From Pirellulales bacterium (GTDB lineage: Bacteria; Planctomycetota; Planctomycetia; Pirellulales; UBA1268), in contig JBIKND010000003.1 of assembly GCA_044358905.1 (NCBI GenBank), forward strand, positions 1 to 48,801: DNA of 48,801 nt, in the 5' to 3' direction. The position numbers and the translations under genes are program-made. Shown here piece after piece: positions 28,130 to 36,309 of this stretch. A model generated the notes under the pieces. It was not told the origin of the DNA. It did not search any database and was given only the letters and a program-made list of their open reading frames with translations. How positions within the stretch are numbered: the first letter of the stretch is position 1; every line of letters starts with the position of its first letter.

Positions 28130-31100
28130 TTACGGCGTTGGCACGAGCGCGATCTCACCTGGCACGGAGGCGTCGATCTGCCAGCCGGCGGGCAGTCCCG
28201 CGGCCTTGGCGAACGAGCCCGTGATGCCGGCGAGGCCACGCAAGAACACGAATCGGCCGGGCTTTTCGGGCACGGAAGCGACCGTGAGCTTGGCCGCGTC
28301 AGCGATCACGACCCCGCCGCCCACGGTGAGCGGCTCGGGGATCCCGCGGGCATCGACAAAGAGCCCGCCACCCGGGCCGATGAAGAGGTTACCGGCGATC
28401 CGGCCGGCGCCGCCCACGGTGCCCTCCTCCACGAGCGTGTCGCCGAAGTGTCTGTTGGCCGCCGCGAATACAAGCGTTCCGGCGCCGCGCTTCACGAGCC
28501 CCATGTCGGCCTGGCCGGCGAGCGGGGCGGCGAGCACCGCACGGTCGGCGGTCGAACTCGGATTGTCGATGACGACGATCGTCCGCGCCGGGCCGCCGCG
28601 CGGCACGGGCTGGGGCGCGGAGGGGCCGTCCTTCGAGCGGGCACCGAAGACCACCGTGCGCGCCGGCTCCGCCGTGCCGGCCACGCCCTGGCCGCCCAGG
28701 TCGATCGGGTTTTGCATCACGAGAGCGGCGTCGGCCGACCGCGACCCGAACACGAGCGGCTGACCGTCGGCCACGAAGCCGCCCGCGGCCCAGAGGAGGG
28801 TCGCCCCCTTGCCGCCGAGGTTTACCGACCGCGGGCCTCCCTTCGCGGCGAAGCCGCCACCGGCCCCGCTCGGCCCATCGGCGGCGAAACTGATTTCATC
28901 GCGGACAGGGCGCGGCGCCGTCGAGAGCGACGCCTTGAAGTCGCCCGCGGCGAGCTCCAGCACGCCGCCGGAGAGCGCCACGCCGCAGGTGCCAAGCGCG
29001 CCCGAGTCGGCCAGCCGCACCGCCCCCTCCCGGATCCGCAGCAGGTTGCCCCACTCGGGATTCGGCCCGGCGAGGACGAGCGTCGCCGGACCAGTCTTGT
29101 CGACGACGTAGTTCTCGGCGTTCTTGATCGGGCCGGCGAGCGTGAGGTCGTGCTCGCCGGTGCACGTGAAGCCGCGCGAAAAGATCCCGCGCTTGATCGT
29201 CCGCGGGCCGCCGTGGGCTGCGAACACGGGCGGCGTGCCGCTGATCCCGATCTCGCCCCCCGCCGGCCCGAGTGCGTCGTCAGCGCCGACCTCGATCCGC
29301 ACGCCCTTGGAGGTGAGCCGCGTCAGGCCGGCTTCGCTCGTGCCCAGGATCCGCACCACGGCGCCCTCCTCCTCGGTGGTGATGGAGAAGTCACCGGGGC
29401 CCGCCACGCCCTTGGCGAGCGCGAGGGTGACGCCCTTGCCGGGCGCCAGCGCGGGGCCGAAGTTCTGGCCTCCCGCAACGGTGCCGGTGAGCTTGAAGTC
29501 GCCGCCGGCGAAGGCGAGCGTGGCGCCGGCAGGCTGGCGGAAGTCATTGGCGAGCGCGAGCTCCTTGCCGGCGGCGTTGGTGAACGTGGTCGTCTTGGCA
29601 TACTCGGTCACGATCGGCTCGGCGCCGAGTTCGTTGTTTTCCTTGACGGTGTAGGTGCGGCCCTTGTCCGTCACCGTGAACGCCGGCGGCGCGGCCTCGC
29701 GCTGCTCCCGATCCTCGACGACTTCGAACGAGATGCCGGGGAGCGGCACGACGTTCTCCTCGCGGCTCATCGCGACCGGCCCCCCGCCGAAGGTGATCGT
29801 GACCGAGCGAGCGACGGGGTCGGTCTTGGCCGCGACCGATTCCCAGCCCGCCGCGGGCGTCCGCAGCCGCACGGCCAGGCCGTCGCCCCGGTCGAGCACG
29901 ACCTCGATTCGGCGATCGCTCGGCAAGGCGTCGAGCGCCGCGGCGAGCCCCGCGACGTCGGTGCTGCCGGCCTCGTCGGGAGGCATCGCCCGCGGTCGAT
30001 CCTCGGCCGGCTGCGGGGCCACGGCGACGGTCACCTCGTTTGGCAGGCTCAGGGGCACCTGCTTCGGTCCGCTCCCGGTGTCGATCGTGAGCAGGGCTGC
30101 CGTGGGCTCGGGCACGGCGAGCGTCCAGGCCGACGGAAACCGCGACTCGACCGGCATTCCCGGGGCGTTGTAGAGCTTCTCGCCGATGAACCGGCGGCCG
30201 ATCGCGAGCGTTGCAGCGTCGGGCGCGAGCAGCAGCGACCGCGTGAACCGCTGCATCTCGAGCTGGTCGAACCATTCGTGGTTTTGCAGCGACTGCGTGA
30301 CGTCGAGCCGGCCGGCGGCTGGGGCGGCGGTCGTGGCCCGCCAGGCGCAGGCGCCGCTCGGCCAGTCGAACTGGGGAAACCGCCCCGCCAAGAGTTCCTT
30401 GCCGGTGGGCTTGTGGACGATGCTCGTGATCGCCGCCAACTGGTTGGGGCAGACCTCGACGGCGAGCCGCGGGCTCGCGAGCGGCACGAGCTTGCCCCCC
30501 GCGCCCCGCTGAAACCAGAACCGATACATGAAGGCCGCGCCCGACTCCTGCATCCCGGCCTCGGACCGGGCCGTGTCGATCCGCGCGACGTGGGCCGGCA
30601 GGGCCGGCGACGTGCCGGTCACGAGCCAGGCGCTCTTGTCGCGCGGATCCTCGACCCGGTGGAGCGGCACCTTCTCGGGCGGATAGAAGTAGCCGCCGGG
30701 CTGCGTGGGCACGCCCGCGGCCGCCACGATCGCCAGCTGGTCGGTGGCAAACGCCCGGGCGAAGGCGATCCGCTTCGCGAACTCGGGGTCGGTGTCGGTG
30801 GCGGCCGCCGCCTCGGCGCGGTCGAGCAGGTCTTGCATTCGGGCGAGCGTGTCGGGCTTGTAAAGGCCCTGGAGCATGGCGTGGGCGTTGGCCGTGCCGC
30901 CGTCGCAGGCGTCGGAGGCGTAGCCGCTCATACGCCGGACCTCGTCGATGAGCCGCAGGTATTCGGCGAGGATCGGCGCGGCCTTGGGGCCGTAGTAGCC
31001 CACGAGGAACTCCCGCACGAGCGGCTCGACCGCGGCGTCGGAATTCCACATCAACTGCAGCCAGACCCACTGCTTGAGCCAGCCCCAGTTGACCGGCCCG

Positions 31101-32377
31101 GTGGTCTGGAGCGCGACGCCCGCGATCCCCGCGTCGCGCCAGAAGCGGACGTTGTCGGCCATCGGGTAGAGATTCGGCCACTCGACGGTCTGATCGACGA
31201 AGTTGCTGGACCAGTGCCAGATCGTGACCCGGCCTGGCGCGAGTCGCGGCCACGCGACACAGGCCTGTTCATAGGCCTTGGCCCGTGGGTTGCCGGGGAT
31301 CGCATTGAGCATGTCGGCGTTGCTCGAGACGATGGTGACCCAGAGGTTGGGGTGCGGCTTCACGGCCGAGGGAGCCTGGAGCGTGCCGGCGTAGGCGAAC
31401 GTGACGAGCTGATGCCGTGGGAACTCGGCGGCGAGCGCCGCGAGGATCCGGTTCAACAGCACGATCACCGTGCCCGATTCGCCGCCATTTTCCCGGGCCA
31501 CCTTGCGGCAGGAGTCGCACTCACAGGCGACGAAGCCGTCGCCCTGGCCGACGGGGATGGGCGCGTGCTCGGGCACCTTCCGGGCCCGGATCTCGGCGCC
31601 GATGTTCGCCGCCATCGCCTTGGCGAGGTCGGGGTTGGTGTAGCAGAGCCCGTGGAGCCAGTGCTTCTGCCGCTTGCCGCCCGTGAGCACGTACCACTCG
31701 GGATGCCGCGGGGCGGTGTCGTCGGGGGAGGCCGGCGGATCGAACCACTTCGCGGGGGGTGCCCAGTCGTAGAAGTTGTGGCGGGCCACGATCAGGTCGT
31801 CGGGCAGGCCGCCGCCGCGGTTGGCGAGTTCCCAGGGATCGGGCTTGCCGTCCCGCGCGAGAAACACCGAGCGGATCGGGATCGCCGGCTCGGCGACCTG
31901 CTCGAAATCGGGCAGCGCGAGCGTGGCCGACTTCGGCACGAGCGTGACATCGGGAGTCAGGCAGCGCACACCCAGTTTCTCGGTGAGCAGGCCATTGATC
32001 GCGTAGATGAGTCCGCGGGGCGTGCGAGCGGTGAGCGCCAGGCGGTCTTCCGAGGCCGATAGCCGATAGCCCTGGAGCGCCGTGGACCTGGCCGACAGGC
32101 CCGGAATCGCGTCGGCGAGATCGAGTTCGATCCGCGGCTTCCCCGCCGCTTCGCTTGCTCGCTCCACGATCGGCAGCGTGGCGCCGGTGATCTCCCGGAG
32201 GCGATCCCGCAGGAGCGCGGCCTGCTCGGCGTGGCCTCCCGAGACGATCGTGGCGACGGCCGCGCCGTCGCGGGCGATCACGAACTCGCCGCGGGCTGCG
32301 GGCCAGGCCGTGACGGAGGCCGCGACGACCAAAGCGAACGCTGCGCAGCGTCGGCGGCGGGAACTCGGGCTGGTCAT
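28130..32377 (-). CDS. DUF4838 protein fused to autotransporter-associated beta-strand repeats
   Basis: Start MTSPSSRR with signal peptide; HPEWY, LCYTNP, CECDSC, TFAY, LMWN, YYGP; C-terminal DKTGPATLVLAG and LVKRGAGTLVF repeats. Confidence 0.8.
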   Translation of the reverse strand: MTSPSSRRRRCAAFALVVAASVTAWPAARGEFVIARDGAAVATIVSGGHAEQAALLRDRLREITGATLPIVERASEAAGKPRIELDLADAIPGLSARSTALQGYRLSASEDRLALTARTPRGLIYAINGLLTEKLGVRCLTPDVTLVPKSATLALPDFEQVAEPAIPIRSVFLARDGKPDPWELANRGGGLPDDLIVARHNFYDWAPPAKWFDPPASPDDTAPRHPEWYVLTGGKRQKHWLHGLCYTNPDLAKAMAANIGAEIRARKVPEHAPIPVGQGDGFVACECDSCRKVARENGGESGTVIVLLNRILAALAAEFPRHQLVTFAYAGTLQAPSAVKPHPNLWVTIVSSNADMLNAIPGNPRAKAYEQACVAWPRLAPGRVTIWHWSSNFVDQTVEWPNLYPMADNVRFWRDAGIAGVALQTTGPVNWGWLKQWVWLQLMWNSDAAVEPLVREFLVGYYGPKAAPILAEYLRLIDEVRRMSGYASDACDGGTANAHAMLQGLYKPDTLARMQDLLDRAEAAAATDTDPEFAKRIAFARAFATDQLAIVAAAGVPTQPGGYFYPPEKVPLHRVEDPRDKSAWLVTGTSPALPAHVARIDTARSEAGMQESGAAFMYRFWFQRGAGGKLVPLASPRLAVEVCPNQLAAITSIVHKPTGKELLAGRFPQFDWPSGACAWRATTAAPAAGRLDVTQSLQNHEWFDQLEMQRFTRSLLLAPDAATLAIGRRFIGEKLYNAPGMPVESRFPSAWTLAVPEPTAALLTIDTGSGPKQVPLSLPNEVTVAVAPQPAEDRPRAMPPDEAGSTDVAGLAAALDALPSDRRIEVVLDRGDGLAVRLRTPAAGWESVAAKTDPVARSVTITFGGGPVAMSREENVVPLPGISFEVVEDREQREAAPPAFTVTDKGRTYTVKENNELGAEPIVTEYAKTTTFTNAAGKELALANDFRQPAGATLAFAGGDFKLTGTVAGGQNFGPALAPGKGVTLALAKGVAGPGDFSITTEEEGAVVRILGTSEAGLTRLTSKGVRIEVGADDALGPAGGEIGISGTPPVFAAHGGPRTIKRGIFSRGFTCTGEHDLTLAGPIKNAENYVVDKTGPATLVLAGPNPEWGNLLRIREGAVRLADSGALGTCGVALSGGVLELAAGDFKASLSTAPRPVRDEISFAADGPSGAGGGFAAKGGPRSVNLGGKGATLLWAAGGFVADGQPLVFGSRSADAALVMQNPIDLGGQGVAGTAEPARTVVFGARSKDGPSAPQPVPRGGPARTIVVIDNPSSTADRAVLAAPLAGQADMGLVKRGAGTLVFAAANRHFGDTLVEEGTVGGAGRIAGNLFIGPGGGLFVDARGIPEPLTVGGGVVIADAAKLTVASVPEKPGRFVFLRGLAGITGSFAKAAGLPAGWQIDASVPGEIALVPTP

Positions 32378-32382
32378 GCGGG

Positions 32383-34725
32383 TCACTCCTCGAACCGCAG
32401 CGGGGCGAAGTCGGCGGTGTTGGAGTTGAAGCCCCCGTACTTGGCGTTCATTTTCGAATGCTCGCGGTGGCCATCGGCCTTGCCCGTGCCGCTGCGGCAG
32501 CGGGTGAATTGGCCGAGCCAGGAAACTCCCGTCGCCGGCGGCTTGGCGCCGGGCAGCGCGGCCAGCGGCACGAACACCTCCATCGACCAGAAGTCGGGGC
32601 CGAGCGCCTTGGCGAACTTCAGCCCTTCGCAGGTCCAGCCGGTGTCGGCCTCCCAGGCATCGTAGAGCCCGCCGCCGGCCGTGAGGATCAGCTGGGCCGC
32701 CTTGCCGCTGCCGGTGCCGCTTGGCTCGAGGAACACTTCCAGGCAGTCCTGTCCCCAGAGGCCGCCGTCGTCGCGGCTGGCGTTGTCCATCAGGAGCTTG
32801 TCGGGGTTCGGCTCGGAGCAGCGGAAGCCGAACGTCACGCCGTCGCCGGTCCAGACGGCCTTCACCCACGTCGGCTTGCCCGGCTCGGCGTCTTCGCCGT
32901 CTTTCACGTGCCGGCGAAACGCCGTCTCCGCGGCCGTGGCCCACTGGGGCTCGTCGAGCTTGCCGTCGACCGTGGGATTCTCGGCGACCTTCTTCGCCAC
33001 CAGCGGCCGCACTCCCTTGCCCTCGATCACCACCTCGTACTCGGCGAAGAAGTCGGCGAACGGCTTCTCGTAGTAGTCGAGCCGTTGCTTCAGCACGGGA
33101 TCGTCGCCGATCGCCCGGCGGGCCTCGGCGAGCAACTCCCGCATCCGGTCGAGCACCGGCTTGGGAAAGCTCTCGGTGTAGATGTGCTTGGCGGAAAAGA
33201 CGGCCCCGGGCCAGCGGCTCTTCTCCCAGGAGTCGCACTGCAGGCGCACGAGCTCCCGCATCGGCTTCGCGGCGGGCCCGAACATCCGCACGGCGAACTC
33301 GTCGAGCATCGCGTCGACGTCGTAATCGGGATCCCACATGCACTTCAGCCAGGCGACCAGCGAGAGGTGGCTGCGGGGGAAGTGGTCGTTGGTGCCGTTG
33401 ACCGTCGTGCCCACGATCCGGCCGCGATTTTTCTGGTAGTAGTCGCGGACCACGTGCGGATAGAGATAGCAGGCCTTGGTCTTCTCCTCGGGCCAGCAGT
33501 TGTAGTCCCAGGTGTGGACGCGGCCCCCCACCAGCTCCCGCCAGGTGTCGATGTTGTCCTGGAACTCCTTCCAGGTGGCGGGTTCCTTGTAGTTGGCCAG
33601 GCCCGGCATCCCGCAGAGTTGCACGCAGACGTTGTCGGGAAACTCGATGCCCTCCGGCGCGAGGGTGTAGTTGACGTACGGCAGGTAGAAGACGCCCTTG
33701 CCCGGCCAGCGGTCCTTGATCGCCCGGGCCAGCTTGGCGACGAAGGTGCCCACGAGCTGGGAGGCCTCGCCGTAGCCGCCCCGCGCGGGCTGCATCAGCT
33801 TTTGGCAATCGTCGCAGTAGCAGGCGATGCCCGCGTCCCAAGGGGAGACGGTGACGAAGTCGCCCGAGATGCCGAGGTCGCCGGGGGCGAGCCGCTCCCC
33901 CTTGTCGAAGACGCGGGAGAGCACCTCCATGTGGAGCGCGAGCGTGGCCGGGTTGCCGTAGCAGAGCATCTGCGGGTCGCGCGAGCCGTCCTTCCGCTTC
34001 TGCATCACCTCCGGATGCGCCTGGCCGTAGAGCGCGCCCCAGTGGGAGGGCGCATGGACCACGATCGACGTCGGCCAGGAGTCGCCGTCGCGCAGCATCG
34101 CGAAGATCGTGATCAGCTCGCCGTTCGGGCCGCCGTCGCCGAAGATCGGGCCCATGCCGCGGCGGCGGAAGGCGGGCGCGTCTTCGATCCACACCGGCGG
34201 CACGGCGAGCGACGCGGCCTTGGGCACGCAGCGGCCGCCCGACTGCGGTGGCCAGTAGTAGCGGGCGTCGATGAACCGCTCGAGGAACTCGGCGATGCCC
34301 CAGGCCGTGCCGGGCGAGTTGAGCCGCTCGTCGTCGTGGCCCACGATGAACACGCGGTTGGGCGTGGTCTTGATCGCGAAGCCCTCGACCGGCATCGCCT
34401 TGCCGTCGAGGCCCGCCGTGGCCGCCTCCGGGCAGGCCCCGATCACGATCGCCGGGCCGTCCACGAGCTTCCCGCGCGACTCCGGGAGCTTTGTGCCCGT
34501 CGCCGCCTCGATGCAGGCCTGGAGTTCCCGGACCGCCACGTCGATCTCGCGGATCGCCGGCACCCCCATCAGGCAGATCGTGGCCCTGGGGACGCCATTC
34601 TCGACGATGGGAATCGGGGCGTGGGCCGGCGGCGCATGCACTGTGACGGGCTGAAGATCGGGCGCCGCTCCGGCGGCGATCGCCATCGGCAGGAGACCGA
34701 ACAGTGGCAGGAGTGATCGGAGCAT
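32383..34725 (-). CDS. DUF4838 protein with C-terminal CBM9-like domain
   Basis: Signal peptide; GTAWGIAEFLE, LCYGNP, CYCDDC, MWDPD; PTVDGKLDEPQW, DCLEVFL, WSMEVFVP. Confidence 0.82.
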   Translation of the reverse strand: MLRSLLPLFGLLPMAIAAGAAPDLQPVTVHAPPAHAPIPIVENGVPRATICLMGVPAIREIDVAVRELQACIEAATGTKLPESRGKLVDGPAIVIGACPEAATAGLDGKAMPVEGFAIKTTPNRVFIVGHDDERLNSPGTAWGIAEFLERFIDARYYWPPQSGGRCVPKAASLAVPPVWIEDAPAFRRRGMGPIFGDGGPNGELITIFAMLRDGDSWPTSIVVHAPSHWGALYGQAHPEVMQKRKDGSRDPQMLCYGNPATLALHMEVLSRVFDKGERLAPGDLGISGDFVTVSPWDAGIACYCDDCQKLMQPARGGYGEASQLVGTFVAKLARAIKDRWPGKGVFYLPYVNYTLAPEGIEFPDNVCVQLCGMPGLANYKEPATWKEFQDNIDTWRELVGGRVHTWDYNCWPEEKTKACYLYPHVVRDYYQKNRGRIVGTTVNGTNDHFPRSHLSLVAWLKCMWDPDYDVDAMLDEFAVRMFGPAAKPMRELVRLQCDSWEKSRWPGAVFSAKHIYTESFPKPVLDRMRELLAEARRAIGDDPVLKQRLDYYEKPFADFFAEYEVVIEGKGVRPLVAKKVAENPTVDGKLDEPQWATAAETAFRRHVKDGEDAEPGKPTWVKAVWTGDGVTFGFRCSEPNPDKLLMDNASRDDGGLWGQDCLEVFLEPSGTGSGKAAQLILTAGGGLYDAWEADTGWTCEGLKFAKALGPDFWSMEVFVPLAALPGAKPPATGVSWLGQFTRCRSGTGKADGHREHSKMNAKYGGFNSNTADFAPLRFEE

Positions 34726-34771
34726 GGCGGTGGATCAGGCGGGCGTCCGACGTCTCGGCCGACGATGTCGC

Positions 34772-34816
34772 ATTGTCACGTCGTGATTCCCGGCGTGCAG
34801 CGGACGAAAGTACGGG
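34772..34816 (-). promoter_or_regulatory. Shared operator D plus putative promoter
   Basis: Minus strand: CCCGTACTTTCGTCCG (identical to site A), CTGCAC, 17 bp, GACAAT. Confidence 0.7.
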
Positions 34817-34837
34817 GTCGCGACTCGGGCGTCCGGA

Positions 34838-34859
34838 AGACGTGTTCCACAGTCTGCTA
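34838..34859 (-). repeat. IS/MITE-end-like inverted repeat (right)
   Basis: Reverse complement TAGCAGACTGTGGAACACGTCT; its TAG is the DUF1501 stop codon. Confidence 0.65.
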
Positions 34860-36299
34860 CGCCAGGAGTTCGGGGATCACCCGGGCCTTCGTGACCTCGT
34901 GGTCGGTGAGGCTATCGAGCCTGCCATCGTGCTCGACCGTGAGTTGGGTGTGGTCGAGGCCCAGCAGGTGGAGCAGCGTGGCGTGGAGGTCGTGGAACCG
35001 CACGATCCCGTCGATCGCCTGATTGCCGAACTCATCGGTCGCCCCGTGCACGTGGCCGCGCCTGAAGCCGCCGCCGGCCATCCAGATCGAGAAGCCCCAG
35101 CGGCTGTGATCGCGACCATCCGCCCCCTCCGAGAGGAAGGTGCGTCCGAACTCGCCCATCCAGAGCACGATCGTCGAGTCGAGCAGACCACGGTCCTTGA
35201 GGTCGGCGACCAGCGCCGCCGACGCCTGGTCCACCATGCCGGACACCCGCTTCGTCTCCGCGGCGTTCTTGGCATGCGTGTCCCAGGGCTGGCCGGCATG
35301 GTACACGCTGACGTACCGGACGCCGCGCTCGATCAGGCGTCGCGCCATCAGCACCCGCCGGCCGTAGCTCGCCGTCGCGGGGTTGCCGAGTCCGTACCGG
35401 GCCCGCGTGGCGGCCGTCTCCTGCGCGAGGTCCGTCGCGTCCGGCACGCTGGTCTGCATGCGGGCAGCCATCTCGAAGTTCGCGATCCGGGCCGCCAGGT
35501 CGGTGTCGTCGGGAAAGCGGTCGAGGTGCCGCCGGTTCCATGCGGCGAGGTGTCGGAGTTGGTTCGCGCGGGCCGCGGCCGGCAGGTCGGCCGGGGTCTG
35601 CAGGTTGAGCACCGCCGGGCCCTGCGCCCGGAAGACCGTGCCCTGGTAGCGGGCCGGCAGCCAGCCGTTGGTCCAGTTGTTCGCTCCCCAGACCGGCGGA
35701 CCGTCGGGGTCGGGCAGCACGATGTAGGCGGGCAGATTGTCGTTGAGCGAGCCGAGCCCGTACTCGATCCACGATCCCACGGTCGGTCGCCCGAGGACGA
35801 TCGAGCTGCCGCCTCCCCAGAGCCGCAGCGCCGCTTCGTGGCACGGGGTGTCGGCCTGCATGGAGCGGACGAGCGTGATTTCGTCGGCGATGGTGGCGAT
35901 GTGGGGAAGACAATCGGAGATCTCGATTCCCGACGCGCCGTGCTTGCGGAACGTGAACGGCGAGCCGAGGATCGCGCCCGGCCGATTCATGATCGCATCG
36001 ACCTTCGATGATCCGGTGTACTTCTGACCGTGCAGGCGATTGAGCTCCGGCTTCGGATCGAAGAGATCCATCTGGCTCGGGCCGCCGTTCTGGAACAGGC
36101 AGATCACGCGGGTCGCCCGGGCATGAGTCGGCCGTGTCGCCGCCGCGGTGTTCGCCGCCGTGGCGCGTTCCAATCGCAGGAGGTCGGCCGCGGCCAGCAG
36201 ACCGGTGAGGCCCATGGCCGACCGCCCGACGAACGCACGGCGATGCAGGCGGTCGCGGGCTGCGGCGTCGATGGTCGCATCAGGGCTGCAGTGCTGCAT
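34857..36299 (-). CDS. DUF1501 (Tat-exported, sulfatase-like) protein
   Basis: RRAF Tat motif, GGPSQMDLFDPKP, ARRLIERGVR, WDTH, GEFGRT, GRDH, HDLHATLLHLLG. Confidence 0.93.
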   Translation of the reverse strand: MQHCSPDATIDAAARDRLHRRAFVGRSAMGLTGLLAAADLLRLERATAANTAAATRPTHARATRVICLFQNGGPSQMDLFDPKPELNRLHGQKYTGSSKVDAIMNRPGAILGSPFTFRKHGASGIEISDCLPHIATIADEITLVRSMQADTPCHEAALRLWGGGSSIVLGRPTVGSWIEYGLGSLNDNLPAYIVLPDPDGPPVWGANNWTNGWLPARYQGTVFRAQGPAVLNLQTPADLPAAARANQLRHLAAWNRRHLDRFPDDTDLAARIANFEMAARMQTSVPDATDLAQETAATRARYGLGNPATASYGRRVLMARRLIERGVRYVSVYHAGQPWDTHAKNAAETKRVSGMVDQASAALVADLKDRGLLDSTIVLWMGEFGRTFLSEGADGRDHSRWGFSIWMAGGGFRRGHVHGATDEFGNQAIDGIVRFHDLHATLLHLLGLDHTQLTVEHDGRLDSLTDHEVTKARVIPELLA

Positions 36300-36309
36300 G
36301 ACGGCGCTC

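Noticed and set aside
32378-34192. N-terminal extension giving a 2020-aa ORF
   Set aside because: Alternate frame overlapping the 32383-34725 gene; the signal peptide begins at 32377.
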